Source: Actinomycetota bacterium (GTDB lineage: Bacteria > Actinomycetota > UBA4738 > HRBIN12). Taken from it: a stretch of 64,000 nucleotides of DNA. Under the pieces are notes generated by a model that searched no databases, was not told the origin of the DNA, and saw only the letters and a program-made list of their open reading frames with translations. Location: contig DATMBJ010000099.1 of assembly GCA_035559315.1 (NCBI GenBank), positions 60-64,059 on the forward strand, in the 5' to 3' direction. This document shows positions 57,703 through 64,000 of this stretch, piece by piece; positions within the stretch are counted from its first letter, which is position 1; each line of letters starts with the position of its first letter. Made by a program: the position numbers and the translations under genes.

Positions 57703-59154
57703 GTGATGGCGATGGAGCCGAGGAAGGTCGAGCCGTTCGTCTGGGAGATCCCGGTCGGCGCGGTCCCGGGGATGCGGGTGCCCGGGATCGTCTACGCCGA
57801 CGACGAGCTGATGCGGAAGGCGATCGACGACCGCGCCATCGAACAGGTGGCGAACGTGGCCACGCTCCCGGGGATCGTCCGAGCCTCGTACGCCATGCCC
57901 GACATCCACTGGGGCTACGGCTTCCCGATCGGGGGGGTGGCCGCCATGTCCGTGGAGGACGGCGTGATCTCGCCGGGGGGCGTGGGCTTCGATATCGCCT
58001 GCGGGGTCCGCCTGCTCCGCACCGAGCTCGAGTGGGAGGCGGAGGTCCGCCCGCGGATCCGCGAGGTCGTGGACGCGCTGGGGCGCCACATCCCTCGGGG
58101 AGTGGGGACGAAGGGCCGGATGCGCCTCTCCCGGGGTGAGGTCGAGAAGGTCCTCCTCGAGGGCGTGCGCTACCCGCTCTCGCGGGGGGTGGGGACCGAG
58201 CGGGACGCGGAGTTCTGCGAGGACCGCGGGGTCCTCGAGGACGCCCGGCCGGAGGAGGTCTCGGACAAGGCCATCGCCCGCGGGGCCCCCCAGCTCGGCT
58301 CGCTGGGCGCCGGGAACCACTTCCTCGAGGTGCAGGTGGTGGAGGAGATCTTCGACCAGCGCGCGGCGAACGCCATGCAGCTCTTCGAGGGGCAGGTGTG
58401 CGTCATGCTCCACACCGGCTCCCGGGGGATGGGCCACCAGGTCTGCACCGACCACCTCAAGGTGATGGACCGGGTGATGCCGAAGCTCGGGATCGAGGTG
58501 CCGGACCGGCAGCTGGCGTGCGTGCCGCTCCGCCACGAGGCGGCCGAGCGGTACCTGGGGGCGATGCGGGCGGCGGCGAACTTCGCACGGGCCAACCGGC
58601 ACGTGCTCACCGACGGGGTCCGTGAGGCGTTCGCCGAGGCCTTCGGGAAGGGTCCGCGCGAGCTCGGGATCGAGGTCGTCTACGACGTCGCCCACAACCT
58701 CGCGAAGATCGAGACGTTCGAGGTCGACGGGCGGCGCCGGGAGCTCTGCGTGCACCGCAAGGGGGCCACCCGGGCCTTCGGGCCCGGCCACCCGGAGCTG
58801 CCCTCGGCGTACCGGGAGATCGGGCAGCCGGTGATCATCCCCGGGAGCATGGGGACCGCCTCCTACGTGCTCGTGGGAACCGCCGAGTCCGCCGAGCGGT
58901 CGTTCTCCTCGACGTGCCACGGGGCGGGCCGGGCCATGTCCCGGACGAAGGCGAAGAAGCTCAAGAGCGGGCCGCAGGTGCGTCAGGAGCTCGAGGCGAT
59001 GGGCATCACGCTGGCCGCCGCCCACTGGGGGCTGCTTGCCGAGGAGGCCCCCTACGCGTACAAAGACGTGTCCGAAGTGGTCGACGTGTGCGAGGGCGCG
59101 GGGCTGTCGAGGAAGGTGGCCCGCCTCCGGCCCGTCGGCGTGGTGAAGGGGTGA
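57703..59154 (+). CDS. rtcB: RNA-splicing ligase RtcB
   Basis: MPDIHWGYGFPIGGV, GGVGFDIACG, LGAGNHFLE, LHTGSRGMGHQ, VAHN and CHGAGR are present. Confidence 0.93.
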   Translation: MMAMEPRKVEPFVWEIPVGAVPGMRVPGIVYADDELMRKAIDDRAIEQVANVATLPGIVRASYAMPDIHWGYGFPIGGVAAMSVEDGVISPGGVGFDIACGVRLLRTELEWEAEVRPRIREVVDALGRHIPRGVGTKGRMRLSRGEVEKVLLEGVRYPLSRGVGTERDAEFCEDRGVLEDARPEEVSDKAIARGAPQLGSLGAGNHFLEVQVVEEIFDQRAANAMQLFEGQVCVMLHTGSRGMGHQVCTDHLKVMDRVMPKLGIEVPDRQLACVPLRHEAAERYLGAMRAAANFARANRHVLTDGVREAFAEAFGKGPRELGIEVVYDVAHNLAKIETFEVDGRRRELCVHRKGATRAFGPGHPELPSAYREIGQPVIIPGSMGTASYVLVGTAESAERSFSSTCHGAGRAMSRTKAKKLKSGPQVRQELEAMGITLAAAHWGLLAEEAPYAYKDVSEVVDVCEGAGLSRKVARLRPVGVVKG

Positions 59155-59155
59155 G

Positions 59156-59566
59156 GTGATGCGAACGGCCGAGGAGGCCACGGCGCCGGAGGTCCCCCGG
59201 CCGCGGCCGGCCTCGGCCCGGCGAGCCCGGGTCGTGATCCGCAAGCTGGGGCCGTGGTCGGTGCTGAGGTTCTCGCTGCTCTTCTACTTCTGCGTGATGC
59301 TGGTGGTCTGGCTCGCGCTGATGATCCTCTACGGGATCATGAGCTCCCTCGGGGTGCTCGCCCAGATCGCACGGCTCCTCGAGTCCGTGAGCCTGGTGGA
59401 CGAGGGCTTCCGGTTCAACGGGCCCTGGATCTTCTCCCGGCTGTTCCTGGCCGGGCTGGGCCTGGTCGTGCTGTGGTCGGTGATCAACGTGTTCGTGGCG
59501 TTCCTCTACAACCTGGTCTCGGACGTCGTGGGGGGCATCGAGGTCACGCTGGCCGAGCGGCGGTGA
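59156..59566 (+). CDS. DUF3566-like membrane protein (conserved gyrA-neighbourhood gene in actinobacteria)
   Basis: A basic N-terminus is followed by VIRKLGPWSVLRFSLLFYFCVMLVVWLAL... and a second TM. It ends with NLVSDVVGGIEVTL. Confidence 0.8.
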   Translation: MMRTAEEATAPEVPRPRPASARRARVVIRKLGPWSVLRFSLLFYFCVMLVVWLALMILYGIMSSLGVLAQIARLLESVSLVDEGFRFNGPWIFSRLFLAGLGLVVLWSVINVFVAFLYNLVSDVVGGIEVTLAERR

Positions 59567-59619
59567 GGGGCCGCCGGCCGCGGGGCCGGCCGGGCGATGG
59601 GGGCCGGCGGGGGCCCGCG

Positions 59620-59647
59620 TTGACGCCCTCGGGGCCCGTGGTAGGCT
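59620..59647 (+). promoter_or_regulatory. sigma-70-type promoter for tRNA-Ile (TTGACG-N16-TAGGCT, with TGG before the -10)
   Basis: The hexamers were read directly. The -10 ends 31 nt before the mature tRNA 5' end. Confidence 0.45.
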
Positions 59648-59678
59648 GCGATCGAGGCCCGTCTGGGCCGTGGACCGC

Positions 59679-59752
59679 GGGCCTGTAGCTCAGGCGGTTA
59701 GAGCGCATCCCTGATAAGGATGAGGTCGGTGGTTCAAGTCCACCCAGGCCCA
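59679..59752 (+). tRNA. tRNA-Ile (anticodon GAT)
   Basis: Cloverleaf folded by hand. The acceptor is GGGCCTG/CAGGCCC, the anticodon arm is CATCC-CTGATAA-GGATG, the T arm is GGTGG-TTCAAGT-CCACC, and the discriminator is A. CCA is not encoded. Confidence 0.93.
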
Positions 59753-59773
59753 CAGGGGAAGGAGGGAGCCGCG

Positions 59774-59947
59774 ATGGCCGAAGAGGCTGGGGCCCAGGAG
59801 AAGCAGCGCGGGTTCTTCGGGAAGCTCCTGCGGCTGGCGTTCGTGGGCGCGATCGTCGCGGCCGTCGTCGCCTTCTTCAAGCGCCGCCGGGGACAGGACC
59901 TCGACGAGAGCGAGTGGCAGGAACTGCCGCCCCCGGCGGGCGGATAG
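59774..59947 (+). CDS. small single-pass membrane protein (57 aa)
   Basis: The SD GGAAGGAGGGAG precedes the ATG at 59774. The sequence is MAEEAGAQEKQRGFFGKLLRLAFVGAIVAAVVAFFKRRRGQDLDESEWQEL. Its layout and position recall the small DLW-39-type proteins found near tRNA-Ile in other actinobacteria (from memory). Confidence 0.55.
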   Translation: MAEEAGAQEKQRGFFGKLLRLAFVGAIVAAVVAFFKRRRGQDLDESEWQELPPPAGG

Positions 59948-60822
59948 GCCCCTCCGATCCCTGGGACCTCGCCCGTGAGGCCGCCCGCGCGGCGGGGGTC
60001 GAGCTACGCCCGCTCACCTCGCTCCGGGACGCCGACGCGATCATCGACGTGATGATCGCCACCTGGGGGGAGCACCAGCTCCTCCCCAGGGAGGTGATCC
60101 GGGCCCTCGCCGAGAGCGGCAACGTCCCGTACGGCGCGGTGGCCGATGGAGAGCTCGTCGGCTACGTGCTGGGCTGGGTGGGGGTCGAGCCGGGCGAGGA
60201 GCCCCACGTCCACTCCCACATGCTCGCCGTCCGGCCCGGCCTCCGGTCCCGGGGGGTGGGCTACGCGCTGAAGCTCGCCCAGCGGGCCCAGGCCCTGGAC
60301 GCGGGGATCCGGGTGGTCCGGTGGACGTACGACCCCCTCCAGGCCCGGAACGCCAAGTTCAACTTCGGGAAGCTGGGCGTGGTGGCCGACCGGTTCGTCC
60401 GCGACTGCTACGGCGAGATGACGGACCTCCTCAACCGCGGGGACCGGAGCGACCGGTTCCTGGTCCGGTGGGACCTGGACCGCCCGCCGGGACCGCGGCC
60501 GATGGTCCCGGGCCCGGAGCGGGAGCTCCTCGTCGCGCGGGGGCCGGCGGAGGCCCCGGAGCCGGTCCGGGTGGCCGACCCCTCGCCCGAGCCCGAGGGG
60601 AGCTGGCGGGTGGAGATCCCGGCCGACCTCCCGGGCCTGCGCCGGCGGGACCCGGGCCTGCTGCGCGCCTGGCGGGACGCGACCGCGGAGGCCTTCGAGA
60701 CGTGCCTGTCGATGGGGATGGTGGTCGCGGCGTTTCGGCCGGGCGGCGGGCCGACGCCCCCCTCCTACCACCTCGCGCTCCCCGCGGCCGCGGTCGACCG
60801 GCCCGGGCGGGCCGCCCGATGA
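59914..60822 (+). CDS. GNAT-family acyltransferase
   Basis: HSHMLAVRPGLRSRGVGYALKLAQR (motif A) is present and the stop overlaps the menC-like start (ATGA). The GTG start at 59914 overlaps the small ORF by 34 nt and is uncertain. Confidence 0.7.
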   Translation: MAGTAAPGGRIGPSDPWDLAREAARAAGVELRPLTSLRDADAIIDVMIATWGEHQLLPREVIRALAESGNVPYGAVADGELVGYVLGWVGVEPGEEPHVHSHMLAVRPGLRSRGVGYALKLAQRAQALDAGIRVVRWTYDPLQARNAKFNFGKLGVVADRFVRDCYGEMTDLLNRGDRSDRFLVRWDLDRPPGPRPMVPGPERELLVARGPAEAPEPVRVADPSPEPEGSWRVEIPADLPGLRRRDPGLLRAWRDATAEAFETCLSMGMVVAAFRPGGGPTPPSYHLALPAAAVDRPGRAAR

Positions 60823-61925
60823 CGCGGGTCCTGGCGGTCGAGCTCCGCCTCGTCGCGCTCCCCCTGGTCCGGCCGTTCCGCACGAGCTTCGGGGTGGAGC
60901 GGGAGAAGGAATGCATCCTCGTGCGGCTCGAGACCGACCGCGGGGAGGGCTGGGGGGAGTGCGTGGCGGGCCCGCGGCCCGACTTCTCGGGGGAGTTCAA
61001 CGAGGCGGCCTGGCTCGCCCTCCGCGACCACCTCGTGCCGGCGCTCCTGGCCGCGGACGACCCGCGGCCCGAGGACGTCCGCTCGCTGGGGGGCGTGCGG
61101 GGCAACCGCATGGCGAAGGCGGCGCTCGAGATGGCCCTCCTCGACGCCGAGCTGCGCGCCGAGGGCCGCTCGCTCGCGGCGTTCCTCGGGGCCACGAAGG
61201 ACCGGGTGCCGTGCGGGGTGTCGGTGGGGATCGCGGGGTCGCTCGAGGAGCTGGTCGAGCAGGTCGCCGGGTACCTCGCCGAGGGCTACGTCCGCGTGAA
61301 GCTCAAGATCGAGCCGGGCCTCGACGTGGAGCGGGTCCGCGCGGTGCGGGAGTCCTTCCCCGACGTCCCGCTGTCGGTCGACGCGAACGCGGCCTACACG
61401 CTCGCCGACGCCGCCGTCTTCCGGGCCCTGGACGAGCTCGGGCTGCTCATGATCGAGCAGCCGCTCTCCCACGAGGACCTGGTGGACCACGCCGAGCTCC
61501 AGCGGCGGCTCGCCACCCCGATCTGCCTCGACGAGTCGATCCGGTCGGCGGCCGACGCCCGGGCGGCGATCGCGCTGGGGGCCTGTCGGATCGTGAACGT
61601 GAAGCAGGGGCGCGTGGGGGGGCTCCTGGAGGCCGTGCGGATCCACGACGTCTGCCGCGCCCACGGGCTCCCCGTGTGGTGCGGCGGGATGCTCGAGACC
61701 GGGATCGGCCGCGCCGCGAACCTCGCGCTCGCCGCCCTCCCGGGGTTCACCCTCCCCGGCGACACGTCGGCGAGCGGGCGGTACTTCGCGGAGGACCTCA
61801 CCGAGCCGTTCGTGCTCGGGCCGGGGGGGACGATGGCGGTCCCGTCGGGCCCCGGGCTCGGGGTCGAGCCACGACCGGAGCGCCTCGCGGCCTGCACCCG
61901 ACGGGTGGAGCGGGTCTCCCGGTGA
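60819..61925 (+). CDS. menC: o-succinylbenzoate synthase / N-acylamino acid racemase (enolase superfamily, MenC subgroup)
   Basis: LPLVRPFRTSFG, VKLKIEPG, LSVDANAAY, LLMIEQPL, ICLDES (the metal ligands) and NVKQGRVGG are present. Confidence 0.85.
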   Translation: MTRVLAVELRLVALPLVRPFRTSFGVEREKECILVRLETDRGEGWGECVAGPRPDFSGEFNEAAWLALRDHLVPALLAADDPRPEDVRSLGGVRGNRMAKAALEMALLDAELRAEGRSLAAFLGATKDRVPCGVSVGIAGSLEELVEQVAGYLAEGYVRVKLKIEPGLDVERVRAVRESFPDVPLSVDANAAYTLADAAVFRALDELGLLMIEQPLSHEDLVDHAELQRRLATPICLDESIRSAADARAAIALGACRIVNVKQGRVGGLLEAVRIHDVCRAHGLPVWCGGMLETGIGRAANLALAALPGFTLPGDTSASGRYFAEDLTEPFVLGPGGTMAVPSGPGLGVEPRPERLAACTRRVERVSR

Positions 61926-61970
61926 GGCGACGAGGCCCGGGGAAAGAGTGACAAGAACCGCCCTGCGGGC

Positions 61971-62000
61971 TTGACGGCCCGGGCGGTGGGCGCGTAGGCT
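61971..62000 (+). promoter_or_regulatory. candidate promoter TTGACG-N18-TAGGCT
   Basis: It uses the same hexamer pair as the tRNA-Ile promoter. It lies about 160 nt upstream of the repeat-protein ATG. Confidence 0.35.
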
Positions 62001-62009
62001 CCGCTTCGA

Positions 62010-62043
62010 GGGGCCGCTGGGACCTTCGGGTTCCGGCGGCTCC
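62010..62043 (+). other. 15-bp hairpin with TTCG loop at the start of the predicted leader
   Basis: GGGGCCGCTGGGACC-TTCG-GGTTCCGGCGGCTCC. All 15 positions pair if G-U is allowed. Confidence 0.5.
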
Positions 62044-62157
62044 TCGCTTTCGCCCCTCTCCGGCCCGGCGCGGGTTGGAGGGCCCGCGTCCGCGCGCGAT
62101 GCTTTACGCGAACGGGTCACTCGCGCGATGCTTCGCGCAAGGATCGGACGGGGAGCG

Positions 62158-62730
62158 ATGCAGTTGATGAGGAAGCGCGTCGTGCGCGCCGAGGGCCTCG
62201 AGATCGTCGACGCCCAGGGCAACGTGCGGGCCCGGATCGGGCTGTCCTCCGACGACGAGTCCCCGTTCCTCTCGTTCCACGACGCGGGCGGGCGGGTGCG
62301 CGCTCGGTTCGGGCTGTCGGCGGACGGGTCGGCGGGGCTCGCCATCGGGGACGCGGAGGGCAAGGTCCGGGCCACGCTGGGCCTGGCCCGGGACGGCTCG
62401 GCCTCCCTCGCGCTGGGGGACAGGAACGGGAAGATCAGGGCGAAGTTCGGGCTCGCGTCGGAGGGCACCCCGACCTTCGGGCTCCAGGCCAAGGACGGGG
62501 AGATGCGGTTCGTCTTCACGCTCGCCCAGCAGGGCTCCCCGACCGTGGGCCTCTACGACGAGGACGGCAAGGTCAGGGCCCGGCTGGGGCTCGCGGCGGA
62601 GGGCTCGCCGATCATCCGGCTGCTCTCGGCCGACGGCGATCTCCGGGGGATCATCGGGCTCGCGTCGGACGGCACGCCCGTGATCCAGCTGCTGGGGAAG
62701 GACGGCCAGCCGGTCTGGCAGGCGCCGTAG
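62158..62730 (+). CDS. tandem 23-residue repeat protein, unclassified
   Basis: There are about 7.5 repeats of the pattern L-x-L-x-D-x-x-G-k-v-R-a-x-x-G-L-x-x-D/E-G-s/t-x-x. The ATG at 62158 has GGGGAG upstream, and an in-frame ATG at 62128 is an alternative. No signal peptide was seen. Confidence 0.6.
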   Translation: MQLMRKRVVRAEGLEIVDAQGNVRARIGLSSDDESPFLSFHDAGGRVRARFGLSADGSAGLAIGDAEGKVRATLGLARDGSASLALGDRNGKIRAKFGLASEGTPTFGLQAKDGEMRFVFTLAQQGSPTVGLYDEDGKVRARLGLAAEGSPIIRLLSADGDLRGIIGLASDGTPVIQLLGKDGQPVWQAP

Positions 62731-62733
62731 CCC

Positions 62734-62753
62734 GGCCCGCGTCGGGGCGGGCC
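62734..62753 (+). terminator. hairpin after the repeat-protein gene
   Basis: GGCCCGC-gtcggg-GCGGGCC starts 4 nt after the stop. There is no U-tract. Confidence 0.35.
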
Positions 62754-62808
62754 TATGATGGCGATGAAGGACGCTGGCACCGGGGCCCCAGCGGGGCGCC
62801 GCTCGCCC

Positions 62809-62880
62809 GGGGACGTAGCTCAGCGGTAGAGCACCTGCCTTGCACGCAGGGGGTCGCCGGTTCGAATCCGGCCGTCTCCA
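62809..62880 (+). tRNA. tRNA-Ala (anticodon TGC)
   Basis: Cloverleaf folded by hand. The acceptor GGGGACG/CGTCTCC carries the diagnostic G3:U70 pair. The anticodon arm is CCTGC-CTTGCAC-GCAGG and the T arm is GCCGG-TTCGAAT-CCGGC. Confidence 0.93.
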
Positions 62881-62983
62881 CGAGGAGACGCAGGGGGCCC
62901 GTCGCACATCCGCGGTCGCGCCGACGTCGCGGGCCACGAGCCCCATCTTCCTCCGTCGGGGACGCCGCGAGGGCCACGATCGC

Positions 62984-63490
62984 TCAGCCCCGCTTCGGGC
63001 GACGGAGGCGGCGGCTCCGGTGGACGACCGAGGTCCTGGGGACCACGCTGATCGATCCGTCGGTCTCGAGGACCGCCAGCCGCACGTCGTCGAGGGAGCC
63101 GAGGCCGTGCTCGCGGGCCGCCATCTCGACCTCCTCGAGGCGCACCCCCTCCCGACGGAGGTTGTCCTCGAGCGGCCGGCCGTGGTCGACGAGGATCGTG
63201 GGCCCGCCCTGGAGCAGGCGCGCCCACGTCCCCCGGGCGCGGGCGAGGGTCAGGAGGCGGTCCAGCGCGAGCAGCACGGCGACCGCGAGCAGGCCTCCCT
63301 GGAGCGAGAAGTCCGGGCCGGTCATCGCGTTCTGGACGGCGTTGCCGACCAGGAGGATCAGCACCAGGTCGACGAGGGTCAGCTGGCCGACCCCTCGCTT
63401 GCCGGCGAGCCGGAGCCCGAGGACGACCCCGAGGTAGACGAGGGCGGTCCGGAGCGCGATCGCCCAGGCGGCGGTCCCCATCTCGAACAT
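62984..63490 (-). CDS. DUF421 (YetF-like) membrane protein
   Basis: ALVYLGVVLGLRLAGKRGVGQLTLVDLVLILLVGNAVQNAM is followed by a soluble C-terminal domain. The ATG at 63490 has the SD GGAGGGAA. Confidence 0.8.
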   Translation of the reverse strand: MFEMGTAAWAIALRTALVYLGVVLGLRLAGKRGVGQLTLVDLVLILLVGNAVQNAMTGPDFSLQGGLLAVAVLLALDRLLTLARARGTWARLLQGGPTILVDHGRPLEDNLRREGVRLEEVEMAAREHGLGSLDDVRLAVLETDGSISVVPRTSVVHRSRRLRRPKRG

Positions 63491-63613
63491 CGTTCCCTCC
63501 ACGTTCCGAGCGTCCCGGGCTCCAGGATGCACCCGGAGGGGCCCGGAGGCAGGCGGGCCCGGGACCGGGGGAGGTTGCCCTCCCGGCCCGGCTGCGGTCA
63601 CTATGCAGCACGG

Positions 63614-64000
63614 ATGCCGTTGTTCAGAACCCTCGTCCGGGGGCGCTTCAGCCGGGATCTCTGGGGGGTGGCCGCCCTCCTGTTCGCCCTGGCCCTGGCG
63701 GGGTCGATCGTCGCCATCCGCCTCGGCGTCGACCGGGAGGAGCGGGACGCGCTCTCCCGCGCCGGGACCGTGGCGGACTCGGCGATCGCCCCCGTGCTCT
63801 CCCGGGGCCTGCTCCAGGGGCCGATCGAGGGTACGGAGGCGGAGCCGATCCGGGCCGCCGTCCGGGAGGCCGTCCTGGCCGATCCCCGGATCGTGCGGGT
63901 GCGGATCTGGCGTCCCGACGGGACCCTCGTCTTCTCCACGGACCCCGGGGACGACGTCGGCAGGGTCGTCCCTCCGATCGACGTGCGGATCACCGACGCC
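63614..64000 (+). CDS. membrane-anchored protein, N-terminal part (runs off the window end)
   Basis: My own translation is MPLFRTLVRGRFSRDLWGVAALLFALALAGSIVAIRLGV...RIVRVRIWRPDGTLVFSTDPGD. It has a high-GC3 frame, one TM and then a periplasmic-sensor-like region. The rest of the gene is not visible. Confidence 0.5.
   Translation, partial: MPLFRTLVRGRFSRDLWGVAALLFALALAGSIVAIRLGVDREERDALSRAGTVADSAIAPVLSRGLLQGPIEGTEAEPIRAAVREAVLADPRIVRVRIWRPDGTLVFSTDPGDDVGRVVPPIDVRITDA

Noticed and set aside
59679-62880. Genomic island integrated at tRNA-Ile or tRNA-Ala
   Set aside because: There is no integrase, no recombinase, no phage or IS genes and no direct repeat of either tRNA 3' end. GC content looks the same as the surroundings.

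Overview
Very GC-rich actinobacterial-type chromosome segment (by eye above 70% GC, not computed) covering the replication-origin neighbourhood. The backbone follows the gene order known from Mycobacterium and Streptomyces. On one side it runs cca, NUDIX, DUF6049-like, murJ, ECF sigma/anti-sigma, trxB, trxA, cwlM-like amidase, then parB, parA, rsmG, jag, yidC, yidD, rnpA and rpmH. Divergent from rpmH are dnaA, dnaN, recF, a DUF721/DciA-like gene, gyrB and gyrA, followed by DUF3566, tRNA-Ile and tRNA-Ala. One perfect parS lies between rsmG and jag, and three DnaA boxes abut the dnaA start.

The left third of the window is more accessory:
- padR-ino1
- an M15 peptidase
- a Ni-SOD pair (sodN/sodX) fused to a sulfide/persulfide module (SQR-like, tusA, dsrE-like)
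- ychF
- a HutC/GntR-controlled seven-gene cluster (APC permease, metallophosphoesterase, nucleotidyltransferase-like, FGGY kinase, two flavoproteins)
- a TOBE regulator with a MOT1-type molybdate transporter
- lepB
- dedA-pilT

I saw no CRISPR array, IS element, integrase, rRNA, toxin-antitoxin pair or recognisable defence system. I cannot point to a clear new multi-gene system. The best second-look candidates are:
1. A polycysteine mini-ORF with a stop-overlapping hairpin upstream of tusA-dsrE.
2. A ParA carrying a roughly 240-residue disordered C-terminal tail that ends in a MinD-like basic amphipathic motif.
3. An unclassified protein built from about 7.5 tandem 23-residue repeats, behind a long structured leader, lying between the two tRNA genes.
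4. A CTAG-rich low-GC repeat island beside parB.
5. The HutC-regulated permease/phosphoesterase/NTase/kinase/flavoprotein cluster.

Many long ORFs in the six-frame track are antisense or out-of-frame artefacts of the high GC content and were not called. All family assignments come from motif recognition by eye, with no database search. Start codons are often uncertain by a few codons.
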